DNA of 64,000 bases, taken from positions 12,018,909 through 12,082,908 of the forward strand of contig NC_083430.1 of NCBI RefSeq assembly GCF_020745735.1. Reading direction: 5' to 3'. Below the pieces are notes generated by a model. The model saw only the letters and a list, made by a program, of their open reading frames with translations, had not been told where the DNA came from and did no database searches. Shown piece after piece: positions 48,110 to 60,073 of this stretch (position 1 is the first letter of the stretch; each line of letters opens with the position of its first letter). Origin of the DNA: Hemiscyllium ocellatum (Eukaryota). The translations under genes and the position numbers were made by a program.

Positions 48110-51078
48110 GTAAGTTCAGAATCCATCCAAAGGAGGACAAAAAAGATAATAAAGAGAGACAATAAATGAAGCCAAACTTATGAGGAATATAAAACCTGCT
48201 GGTAAGAGCTTCTTTAAAAATGAAAAGGAAAAGAGAGAGGTCAAAACGAACATAAACCCCTTAGAAATGAATCTGGGAAAATAGTTATGGGAACAAGGAA
48301 AAGCAGAGGAGTTAATTAGATATTTTGCATTAATCTTTACAGTGTAAGATGCTTTGAACTTCCCATGAATACTAAAGAATACTGGAGAGAAATTAAGTAC
48401 CATTGCCATCTTTAGAGAAATACAGAACAACCTTGATTATCCGAATGTGACAGGTGGGTAATATTTTGTTCGTTTAACAGATTGTTCGGATTACTGATCT
48501 GATCACAAACAAAGGAAGCCGTACTGAGCATAATTAAATAAAAAAGCATGTTTACAGAGTTTTTATCTCATTCATCTGATAAAATACGCACAAACACTGG
48601 ATGTAGCTTAAACATTCATGGTATTTTACAAATAAAATCACTTTTTGGCTAGAGTTTGACTGAAGTCACTGACATTTTCCTCGGTTTTATCCCAGTCCTC
48701 AACAGCAGCCGACATCTTTCAGTTCAGTGTTGTCCCCCTGTCCAGACTAACCAAGTATTGTCCTTCCCTCCTTAGTGACCGCTGATGCCTTAGAGAGAGG
48801 CACAAAAAAATAGGGGGAACACGAGAGAGAGAGGGAAGATTTTTCTGCTAACTTCAGTTTCTGTCCTGTCATCAATTTTTTTTAGGGTGTTCATGTTTTC
48901 CTCATGTTTCCTCCCATCAGGTTTTCCTCCTGTTTATTTTCACGTGCTAACTCACTACGATGTGCTGTCCCCATCAAAAAGAAGTTACATTAAATTTTCT
49001 TGTCAGCTGAAAGGTATTGAACTACCTCTTGTTTACGAAAAAAGAGTCGTCATGGGATTACAGGAGGAAAAAGCAACGGAAATGAAATGTACGAGTCCAT
49101 TTTTTAACTTAACTCTCTGGAAATTGAACTGAGGAAAAAAAATTGTTGGTCTTGCAAAACAGTCAATGTTGAGAGGGAATCTTGCTATTAAAATGCACAG
49201 CTCAGGCTTACATATATTTGTTCTTGTGTGTTCACAGTCACAAACCTTTATCCTCAGGGACAATAGGTGTCAGACAGCCTTTTTATAAAAAGTGTAAAAC
49301 TTAACTCTAACATCGCGTCTCAAGTATACATTTGAAGTTAATTATTTATTAAAGCATATTTGCATCTATGTTTCTGTTCAAATTTATAAAATGGTGCATT
49401 AAAGGGGTGATGAATAGAATTTTCCTACTTCATTTGAAATGTATGTACTGTACATGGACCTTGAGATCTTATTTGGATAATCCAAAATTCAGATAATTGA
49501 TGTTCAGATAACTGAGGTTGTCCTGTAGTATTAAACAAACTAATGGGATTAAAGTCAAATAACTCCCCGGCCCTGATGGCTTGCATCCTAGGATCCTAAA
49601 TGAAGCAGCTACGGAAGTAACGGACTCAATTGTATTTTTCGGACACATACCAGAGGATTGGAAAACTGCCAATGTGACACTCTTACTCAAAAAGGGATGG
49701 AAATGAAAAGCGTTAACTGCAGGCTGATTAGTCCAACATCTGTTGCTGGAAAAGTATGAGAATCAATTATTAAGTAAGTAATAGCAGCACATTTGGAAAA
49801 TCATGATCTAATCCAGCAGAGTCAGCATGACTTCATGAAAGGGAAATCATGCCTGACTAATTTATTAAGGTTTTTTGAGAAAGTTTCAACCAGAGACAGT
49901 AGAGGGGAACGTGTAGATGTGTTCTATTTAGCCTTCCAGAGTGCATTTGACAAAGCACTCCACAAAAGGTTAAGTCACAAAGTAAGAGGCCATGGTGTTG
50001 GAGGTAGTATATTGGTGTGAAAAGGAAATTGGCTAATGGGCAGGAGATAGCGAGTGGGGATAAGGGATCTTTTTCAGGCTGATGATCTGTGATCAGTGCT
50101 AGGTCCGCAACTGCTTCCAATATATATTAATGACTTGGAGAAATGAAGCAAATGTATTGTAGCCCAAAGTTTCAAACAACACAAAAATAGGTGGAAAGGT
50201 AAGCTACAAGAGGGGATACACATAGTTTACAGAGACATAGTGATACGTTAAGTAAATTGTGAAAAAGTTGGCAAATAGAGTATGATGTGGCAAAATTTGA
50301 AGTTCATTTTGGGAGGGAGAATAAAAGAATGAAATATTATGTAAATACAGAAAAACTGCAGAAAGCTGCAAGAGAAAGGGGCTTGGGGAAAAAGATGGAA
50401 AGAAAAGCAGAAAGTTAGCACATGGATGCAGCAGGTAATCAGGAAGGCTCTGATTTCAAGGGATTTGGAGTTTAAGAATAGGAAAGTCTCACTGCAACTG
50501 TCTAAGGTGCTGGTGACACTCCATCTGGTGTACCGTGAGAAGATTTTGTTCCCTTATTTAAGGAAGGATACTATTTTATTGAAGGCACTTCAGAGAATAT
50601 TCACAAGGATTATCCCTGGTATGGAGGGACTATCTTATGAGCAAAGATTAAACAGGTTGGGACCCTGCTCAATGGAATTTAGAAGAATGAGAGGTGAACT
50701 AATTAAAACATAAGATTCTTAAGGGGCAGGGCAGGGTAAATGCTGAGAAGATTTTTTTCCTCATGGGCGAGAGTCTTGGACCAGAGGGCAAAGTCTCAGA
50801 ATAAAGAGGTATCAATTCAAGACTAGGGTAAGAGGACACTTCTTCTCCCTGAATATTGTGAGCTTTTGGAATTCTTTGCCACAGAGAATTGTGGGACAGA
50901 ATACTTTTGCATATTTAAGGTTGAAATCGATTGATTCATTGATCAGCAACAAGAAATATGGGGAAAAATCAGGAAAGTGAACGTGAGAGCTATTGGATCG
51001 GCCATGATCCTACTTAATTGGGGGGTGGGGGAGGTATGCAAATGGCCTATTTCTGTTTTTGTTTCTTGTGTTCTTATG
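48110..51078 (+). mobile_element. Long decayed CR1 ORF2 and 3' UTR, split by a DNA transposon
   Basis: PGPDGLHPRIL, SQHDFMKGKSCLTNLLRFFE, EFRRMRGELIKT; UTR ends GTTTCTTGTGTTCTTATG. Confidence 0.88.
48423..49525. mobile_element. Non-autonomous Tc1/mariner-superfamily (Tigger/pogo-like) DNA transposon
   Basis: 23 bp TIRs CAGAACAACCTTGATTATCCGAA and (reverse complement) CAGGACAACCTCAGTTATCTGAA, 18/23 matching; TA duplicated at 48421-22 and 49526-27; removing it restores contiguous CR1 sequence. Confidence 0.88.
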
Positions 51079-51109
51079 GTAATATAAGGGTTCACGTATT
51101 CTTCCTTTT

Positions 51110-51989
51110 TGTGACTGTTCGGTGAAATGGAAGTTGGTTGCTGCAGAGACGAAGTATCTGGAGCACTTTGCAAAAAAAGCAAGAGGTGCGTATTTTTACC
51201 TGTGCAAGACAATGTTGCTTTTGAAGTGTTGAAATAATTACTTCAAAACTGAATGTCAAGAAGAGTCTTTGAGTTAAGGGAAGTCTGCCTGAGGAAAAAC
51301 ATTGGATTGGTTCAGCTACACATTTGCAACAAATCTGTGGGGTCAGGGCAGCCAGAGACATCCAAAGTATATGAAGTGAAAATCTCTCTCTCTCTCTCCC
51401 ACTTTCTTCATGTGAATGAACAGACAACAAAACCAAGAAAACTAAAATATAAAAATCTGAGCATGAAAAGATTTAGGTTCACTAGATCAACTATCGACGT
51501 GAAGAATGATCATCTCTCTACAGAAAACAGTATGTCATCAGTGCTAAAAATCAAATGAAACTGTGGAAGGCAATTTTAACCCATCCTTGTGATTTATGAA
51601 TATCTGATCTTTAGAAAGTGTTCCCTGTATATATATTTTCCAACCATAGTATGTGTCAAACTGTTAGTCTTTCATTTGATTTGATTGTGAGTGATTTTCT
51701 ATACATTTTAGATTTTTAAAACTGTATAGTTTAAGTCACATTGTAGTTGTTTAGAAATCTTTCTTTTCTCTACCACTTGTTAAATCTAAGTGTTTCAATA
51801 AATAAAGTTATTTTCTCTTAATGATACAACATGGTGTGAATCATATTGTCCTGAAACAAAATGGCCATCTTGATGGTGTAATTGGAATTGGGATATTTGG
51901 GACATTATATGGATCTTGCCAGTTAAATTTCGGCAACATCTTTGTTAAACAGAAATCGATCCACTTCATGGTTGAAAGTTGCCGTAACA
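51110..51989 (+). mobile_element. Candidate LTR (about 0.9 kb) followed by a partial PBS
   Basis: Begins TGTGAC, ends GTAACA, AATAAA near 51800; TGGCACCCAA at 51993 resembles the start of a tRNA-Lys PBS. Left boundary uncertain. Confidence 0.4.
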
Positions 51990-52369
51990 ACATGGCACCC
52001 AATCACATTCGTTCATCCTCAAGCATCTGCAGCCTTTTGCAGGGGCCTTGAGACAGATTTGCATTACGCTATATGTGAAACAATGGTTCCCAATTTCACT
52101 CTTCATTGCCCTGGCTGTAATCTTTGACATTATGCCCATTCATTTTTGATTCTCCATCAGAAGAAATATTTTCTCTGCATCTCCCTTATCAATCAACTCA
52201 ATGATATCACCCTTTAATTTTTCAGACTTACATTTTAAAATGAGATGCCTTGTTTACTTTGAAATTGTGCAGCCATGCACAATGTGTTTTTAATCTTCAT
52301 TCAGCCAGGAGCTGAAGGAGATTTGAAGGCTATGATTGAAAGCTGCAAAAATACCATGAAGCAAATATA

Positions 52370-53250
52370 CATATTATGAGCCAGAGTAGACCATTCAGCC
52401 CCTCAAGCCTGCTGTGCCTCTTGATAATGCCATGGCTGATATGATTGTGGCTTCAACTCTACATATTTGTCTACTCCAATAACCAAGAACTCTTTTTGAT
52501 CAAGTAGCTGTCTATCTCTGACTTAAAAGTATTTAATAAGCTTGCCTCCATTGTTACACGAGAAAGGATATTCCAGGGATTAACGTCTGTGTTGGAACCA
52601 TCTGAGAAAAAAAAAGACACCTCATCTCCATTTTAAATTGGAGACGTTTTATTTTAAAACTGTATTCCCTACATTCTAGGCTCTCCCATCTTGAAGAAGG
52701 GCTCATGCCCAAAACGCCGACTCTCCTGCTCCTTGGATACTGCCTGACCTGCTGCGCTTTTCCCGCAACACATTTTCATCTCCCATCAGGGGAAACATCC
52801 TCTAAGCATTCACCCAGTGGAGTCTCTTCCGAATCTTAAATATTTCAAGAAGATCTTATCTCATTGTTTATACCCTAAATAATACAGGTCTAATTTGTCC
52901 AACTGTTCCTCAAAGAAAACCTTCTCATTCCAGGAATCAGTTGAGCAAACCATCTCTGAACTGCTTCTATACAAGGAGACCAAAGCCATACACAGTACTC
53001 CAGGCCTAGTCTCACCAATTTCCCTATATTCCATTCCCATTGCAAGAAATACCAACATTTCAACTGCCTTCCAAATCCCTTTCTCTACCGGCATACTAAC
53101 CTTCATTGATTCATGTATCTCTATTTAAATAATATGCAGTTTTTCTCTTCTTCTTGCCAAAGTGAACAATTCATAATTTCCCACATTACACTCCACCTGA
53201 CAGATTTCTGCCCTACTTTCCCATTTACAAATCTTTGCAGACTCCTTATT
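52370..53250 (-). mobile_element. CR1 3' portion
   Basis: 3' UTR (CCATTCAGCCCCTCAAGCCTGC) and ORF2 C-terminal relics. Confidence 0.72.
52691..52778 (+). mobile_element. Single-arm pLTR insertion starting at the hammerhead core
   Basis: 9 bp TSD TCTCCCATC at 52682-52690 and 52779-52787. Confidence 0.8.
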
Positions 53251-54299
53251 ATGAGCCTGATTATGCTGAACAGAAAGTAATAATCCTTTGATAGTCACTT
53301 ACATAGATTTAATTGCTACCCAAAGATAATCATTTCATATACATTTCAGGAACTTGACATGCTTTATTTGAAGTGTTCTGTGATTAGACAATTCTGGAGG
53401 CAATTTGTAGATGAGGAATAATTGAAATTTGGGGGCATGGTTCAGTGTTAAGCCTATTTTGGAGATATTTAGGTAACCATGAATTAAATAAAAACATTTA
53501 AATCAACTGTCCTAAAAATTAAAGTGACTTAAATACAGGGGAAGCAGCTGATTGAGAATAGCTTGCAAATCAGCTTTTGTTTAATTCTGTTACGTTATGG
53601 TTTTCCTCCAGTTTTTTTTGCCAATACATTTTCATGCTTTCCTAATTTCCTTTTAAGTTCTACCTCTATTCTCCTCTAGGCTTTTTACAATAATGAGCCT
53701 TCAGTAGCTGTCTTAAGATTTCCTTTTTATATTCCTCTTTTAAGCCATTTGATATCCTGGGCACTAAATAGTTCCCTTTTTCATAAGGGAACAAATTTTC
53801 TTTGACCTTTCATTATCTCTTCATTGAATATTTTCCATTGATTCCACCTTCAAGTAATTGCAGTCTGCTTGAGCTCAATTTGTCCATTAAAATGAACTTT
53901 ACCACAACTGAGAACTTGTAGTTTTGACTGCCATGTTTATTTTCTAAGGCTAATTTATGTACAACTGCACTGTGATCATTTCTGCTAAATTGCTCCCCAG
54001 CTGACAGTCCTTCTACTTGCCCACTGCATTCCTTAAGTCTAAGAGCTATACACTCTCATTTGGACCTCTTCTCCTAAAATATATATACCTGAATGAATTT
54101 TGGGATGTTGATCTGTATGTGCCTTTCATGTTACTCTCTTGCAACTACGTTTCAGCTATGATCCGATTTTATGTCAATGACAAAGATAGAAAGAAGGATG
54201 AGATCTTCAATGCAGGTTGTTAAGGCATGAGAAAGGGTGTAAAATAGATTGATGTGAATGTTTCCAGGGTTGGGGCAACTTCAGTTAATGGATAGTTTG

Positions 54300-54930
54300 G
54301 AGACATTGGTGTTGCTTTCCTCAGGAAGTGAAGGTTGAGAGGATATTCAGTAGTGGTGTTTAAAGTGATCAGATGACTGGACAGAGTAGATAACGAAAAC
54401 CCATTCCTGCTAGTGACGTGGCCAAAAACCAATTTAACAAGATTGACAAAAGAACCAAAATGGCATGAGGAAAAGTTTTTTTTTGCACAGTGAATGATTA
54501 ATCTGTGGAATGCAACTCTCTAAGAAACCCATGGAGGTTAGGGTTAGNNNNNNNNNNNNNNNNNNNNNNNNNNNNNNNNNNNNNNNNNNNNNNNNNNNNN
54601 NNNNNNNNNNNNNNNNNNNNNNNNNNNNNNNNNNNNNNNNNNNNNNNNNNNNNNNNNNNNNNNNNNNNNNNNNNNNNNNNNNNNNNNNNNNNNNNNNNNN
54701 NNNNNNNNNNNNNNNNNNNNNNNNNNNNNNNNNNNNNNNNNNNNNNNNNNNNNNNNNNNNNNNNNNNNNNNNNNNNNNNNNNNNNNNNNNNNNNNNNNNN
54801 NNNNNNNNNNNNNNNGGAAATTGGATAATTATCTGAAGGGAACACATTTGAAGGGCTATAGGGAGAGAATGGAGGAGCTTCAAGACAGCCATCATGGATC
54901 GAGATGTTTAATGGTTTCATTCTCTACTGT
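54300..54930 (+). mobile_element. CR1 3' end spanning an assembly gap
   Basis: GGAAAAGTTTTTTTTTGCACAGTGAATGATTAATCTGTGGAATGC before the gap and GGAAATTGGATAATTATCTGAAG after it. Confidence 0.7.
54548..54815. other. Assembly gap (268 N)
   Basis: Run of N. Confidence 1.
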
Positions 54931-54946
54931 AATCAAGCTTTGATCA

Positions 54947-55034
54947 GAGTCGAGAGTGTGGTGCTGGAAAAGCACAGCAGGTCAGGCAACATCTGAGAAG
55001 CAGGAGAAACGATGTTGCAGCAAAAGCCCTTCAT
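54947..55034 (-). mobile_element. Single-arm pLTR insertion ending at the hammerhead core
   Basis: 9 bp TSD CTTTGATCA at 54938-54946 and 55035-55043. Confidence 0.8.
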
Positions 55035-55589
55035 CTTTGATCATGTCTAGTTCATAAAACTGTAAGATCTCTATAGGCAGGTTGTTCAGCTTAATTATCC
55101 TTTTACTTCATTGTCCTACTTCTACACAGTAAATGTACCAGGTTGCAGTCTCTTCCTGGGGAATGCTGCCAGCAATGAGCTAGAGAAGCTGTAAAGACTT
55201 ACAATGCGCGAGCAACAAAATAACAGGTAGGATATAAAGTGAGAAGGTATAAGGTTATTCCCTAACATCATAAAAATGGAAAAGCAGAGTAATTTTTAAA
55301 AATTATTGAACTTGTAAACATTGCTACTCAAAGAGACTTTGATGCGCTCATTGAAGGAATTCAGAAAGTTAATATGCAGGTGCAGCAAGCAATTATAAAG
55401 GCAAATTAAATGTTCCTTCTCATACTTATTCAGGAATTCTAGGATTTTGACCCAGCAACATTGAAAGAATGGTGATATAGTTCTAAGCCAGGATGGCATG
55501 TGGTTTTCAGGACTACTTTCAGTCAGTGGTGTTCCTGAGGAGCATCTGCAGTATGTCTTAGGACTGAGAAGACTGATCTCCAACAACCA

Positions 55590-57520
55590 AAGCATAGAAT
55601 ATAGAACATAGCCCTTCAGCCCTTGATGTTGTGCTGGCCTTTTATCCTATTCTAAGATCAGACTAGCCTACATACCCTTCATTGTATTATCATCCATGTG
55701 CCTATCCAAGAGTCACTTAAATGTCCCTCGTATATCTGACTCTACTACCACGTCTGGCAGTGCATTCCACACACCCAGCACTCTCTGTGTAAAGAACCGA
55801 CCTCTGACATCTCCCCTAAATCTTCCTCCAATCACCTTAAAATTATGCTGTCTCATGATAGACAGTTCCACCATAGGAAAAAAGTCCCTATCTATCCACT
55901 CTACCTATACCTGTCAAATTCTTGTATATCTCTATTGAGTCACCTCTCATCCTTCTTTGTTCCAATGAGAAAAGCCCTAGCTCCCTCAACTTTTCTTCAT
56001 AAGACATACCCTCCAGCCCAGGCAGCATCCTGGTCAATCTCCTCTGCACCCTCTCTAAAGCTTCCACACTTTCCTATAATGAGGCAACCAGAACTGAACA
56101 TAATATTCCAAGTGTGGTCTAATGAGACCTTCATAGAACTGCAACATAACCTTGCGGTTCTTAAACTCAATCCTCCTGTTAGTGAAAGCCTATCCACCAT
56201 ACACCTTGTTAACAACCCTATCAACCTGGGTGGCAACTTTGAGGGATCTATGGACATGGACCCCAAGATCCCTATGTTCCTCCACAATGCCAAGAATCCT
56301 TTAACCCTGTATTCTGCATTCAAATTCGACCTTCCAAAGTAAACAACTTCACACTTTTCCAGGCTGAAGTCCATCTGCCACGTATCAGCCACTTATCAGC
56401 TCAGTTCTGCATCCTGACAATATACTGTTGCAACCTACAATAGCCCTCCACACTATCCACAACTCCACCAACCTTCGTGTCATCGGCAAACTTACTAATA
56501 CAGCCTTCTACTTCCTCATCCAAGTCATTTATAAAAATCACAAAGAGCAGAGGTCCTAGAACTGATCCCTACAAAACACCACTTGTCACCAAGCTCCAGT
56601 CTGAATACTTTCCATCAACCACCACCCTCTGTCTTCTATGGGCCAGCCAATTCTGTAGGGGGAGTCATATTAAATGCCTTGCTAAAATCCATGTATACCA
56701 CATCCACTGTTCTACCTTTACCGATGTGTTTTGTCACATCTTCAAAGAATTCAATAAGGTTTGTGAGGTATGACCTGTCCCTCACAAAGCCATGCTGATT
56801 ATTTCTAAGTAAACTATGATTTTCCAAGTAACCATAAAACTTGTCTCTCAGAATCCTCCCAATACTTTGCTCGCCACTGAAGTAAGACTGACTGGTCTGT
56901 AATTCCCAGAATTATCCCTATTCCTCTTCTTGAACAAGGGAATAACGTTTGCTACCCTCCAATCATCTGGCACAACTCCAGATGCAAAGATCATCGCCAA
57001 AGGCTCAACAATCTCTTCCCTCGCTTCCTGTAGTAACGTAAGGTACATCCTGTCTGGCCCAGGAGATTTATCTATCCTTATATTTTTCAAAATTTTCAGC
57101 ACATTCTCCTTCCTAACATCAACCTGTTTGAACATATCAGTCTGTTTTATGCTGTCCTCAGAAATATCAAGGTTCCTCTCAGTAGTGAATACTGAAGCAA
57201 AGTATAATTAATGACTTCCCCTACCTCTTGTGACTCCAGGCACATGTTCCCTCCACTCTCCTTGATTGGCCCTACCCTCACTCTGATCATCCTCTTGTTC
57301 CTCACATAAGTGTAGAACACCTTAGGGTTTTCCTTAATCCTACTTGCCAAGGCTTTTTCATGCCCATTTCTAGCTCTCCTAAGTGCATTCTTCAGTTCCT
57401 TGTAATCATCCTTCTTCCTCTTGACTAGATGTTCCATAATCCCTTGTCACCCAAGGTTCCTTCATGCTACCATCCCTTCCTTTCCTCAGTGGGACAAACC
57501 AATGCTGCACTATCAGCATG
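55590..57520 (-). mobile_element. CR1 LINE, about 1.9 kb with internal deletion
   Basis: DKSPGPDRMY, WRVANVIPLFKK, NYRPVSLTSV, NQHGFVRDRSYLTNLIEFFE, VDVVYMDFSKAF, WQMDFSLEKCEV. Confidence 0.92.
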
Positions 57521-57734
57521 TGCTTCCTAACATCAACATTAACACCAACAAAAGCATTTTCCTTTGTGCCATATTGGACTTCAACCAATTTACCCCTGAT
57601 GCTGATTGAGTCTAATTTTTTTAAGGCTAGTTTATGTCACATTAGATCAAATGTGATCTTGATGTCAAGGGCAGTTACTCTAACCTCACATCAGAAGTTC
57701 AACTCTTTTGTATATGTTTAAATCAATACTGTTG

Positions 57735-58050
57735 GGGGACTAGGGACTCAGATTTGATTCCAGCCTCAGGCGACTGTCGGTGTGGAGTTTGCACATTCTC
57801 CCCGTGTCTGTGTGGGTTTCCTCCATGTGCTCTGATTTCCTACCACAATCCAAAGATGTGTGGGTTAAGTGAATTAGCCATGCTAAATTGCCCGTAGTGT
57901 CCAGGGATATGTAGGCTTGGGTGCATTAGTCAGGGGTAAATGTAGAGTAATAGGATAGGGGAATTGTTCTGGTTGGGTTACTCTTTGGAGGGTCAGTGTG
58001 GACTTGTTGGACCAAGTGGCCTGTTTCCACACTGGAGGGATTCTATAATC
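57735..58050 (+). mobile_element. HE1 SINE (5'-damaged)
   Basis: GCCTCAGGCGACTGTC.GTGTGGAGTTTGCAC...CTGTTTCCACACTGGAGGGATTCTAT. Confidence 0.85.
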
Positions 58051-58399
58051 TATGATCTGTAATGAAATCAAGAGCAAAGTGACACTGGTGGAACTCTAAT
58101 GTAAGCATCAGTGAGCTATTTATTCCCATGTAGGTGCTGTTTGATAGCACTGTTGATTATCTCTTCAATAACTATTCTGATGGTTAAAAGTAGACTAAAG
58201 TGGTAATGGTTGGGTTGGATTTATACTGCTTTTTATGTACAGGAAATTTTCCACCATGTCAGGTAGATGCTAGTGCTGTAATTATACTAGAACAACTTGG
58301 CACATCTAGTTCTGGAGCACAAGTCTTAAATACAATTGCCCGAATGTTTGCTGGGTCTATAGCTTTGCAATTTTCAGGGTCTTCAGCTGTGTTGACATA

Positions 58400-58880
58400 T
58401 ACTATAAAAGCATTGGAGTACAGGAATGAATTTTATTCTTCCCATTTTCAAAAGGATATGCAGGTACTTGCTTTGGAGGGTGCTATAGCAAATTTTCACT
58501 CAACTGGCCCCTGAAATGCAGGGTATTTCCTATACTGAAAGGTTGAGTATATTGTGCCTATATTGTCCGAATGTTAGAAGTATGAGAGATGATTTCACTG
58601 AAACATAGAAGGCCTCTGAAGCAACTTGAGAGAGTAGATGCTGAGAGATGGCCTTCACTGATCAGAAATCTAAAATACAGGGGCCAATCATTTCGGACTC
58701 AGAGTATGAGAAATTACTTTAATTATGAATCTAAGGAATTCTGCACTGAATGAATTTAAGGCTAGGCTAAGTAGATTCACACTGAATCAAGGGATGTAGG
58801 GAGTGGTCAAGAAAGTGATCCCAAGATCAGTCATGATCATGTTAACTGGTGGAGCAGGATCTATAGGTCATAAAGTCTAT
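58400..58880 (+). mobile_element. Old CR1 3' fragment
   Basis: DMQVLALEG and AGAAGTATGAGAGATGATTTCACTGAAACAT relics. Confidence 0.6.
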
Positions 58881-59358
58881 TTAGAGTCATAGAGATGTAC
58901 AGCACAGAAACAGACCCTTCAGTCCAACCTGTCCATGCTGGCCAGATACCCCAGCCCAATCTAGTTCCATCTGCCAGCACCCGGTCCATACCCCTCCATA
59001 CCCTTCTTCCTATTCATATACCCATCCAAATGCCTCTTAAATGTTGCAATTGTGCCAGTCTCTACCATTTCTTCTGGCAGCTCATTACATGCACATACCA
59101 CTCTCTGCGTGAAAAGATGCCCCTTTGGTCTCTTTTATATCTTTCCTCTCTCACTGTAAACCTATGCCTTCTAGTTCTGGACTCTCCCACCCCAGAGAAA
59201 AAAATTGTCTATTTACCCTACCCATGCCCCTCATAATTTTGTAAACCTCTATAAGGTCACCCCTCAGCCTCCGACATTCCAAGGAAAACAGCCCCAACCT
59301 GTTCAGCCTCTCCCTGTAGCTCAAATCTTCCAACCTTGGCAACATCCTTGTAAATTTC
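58881..59358 (-). mobile_element. CR1 3' end
   Basis: MLPRLEDLSYRERLNRLGLFSLECRRLRGDLIEVYKIMRG. Confidence 0.9.
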
Positions 59359-59881
59359 TGCTTTTAAGTTTTGCATTCTTGGGTTAACTTTGAATACTGG
59401 ATGGAGCTACTGCTTCAAGTTAGAAACCACATTATTACAATTCATAGTGACCTCTCTCTCTGGTCTCTTTATTTGCATTGCATTTGCAACATCTAAATGC
59501 ATACATCTTGGCAACAAATGCCTTGTTTGCGATCCCTTATAACATCCAATTTGGAAACATCGCTCACTATATTAACATATCACCTTATTGTTGGTCTTAG
59601 AATAAGCCATCAGCCATTTAGGATTGGGTTGAGGACAAGCTTCTTGATTGAGCATGCTGTGTATCTTTGGAATTTTCTTCCACAGAAAAATGTAGATGTT
59701 CATTTATAGAGTACACACAAAACAGAGACTGATAAATGTTGGAATTCATGGGAGTTCAGGAATACATCTATGGTGGATTTGAGCAGATCAACATAATCTT
59801 AAATGGCAGAGCAAGTTTTGAGATACAAAAGACCTTTGCCTTCATTTATTCTTTCAGATGGGTTTCACTGAGCATTTCTTA

Positions 59882-60073
59882 GGAGACAGTGCTGGAGATC
59901 AGAGTCGAGAGTGTGTTGCTGGAAAAGCACAGCAGGTCAGGCAGCATCTAAGGAGCAGGAGAATCGACATTTCGGGCCAGAATCAATGAAGGACTCTGAC
60001 CCGAAACATCGCTTCTCCTGCTCCTCGGTTCCTGCCTTACCTGCTGTGCTTTTCCAGCAACACACTCTTGACT
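59882..60073. mobile_element. Fold-back PLE pLTR insertion
   Basis: Inverted arms; 14 bp TSD CTGAGCATTTCTTA at 59868-59881 and 60074-60087. Confidence 0.88.

Noticed and set aside
54434-54920. ORFs of 107-153 aa
   Set aside because: Artefacts of the N run.
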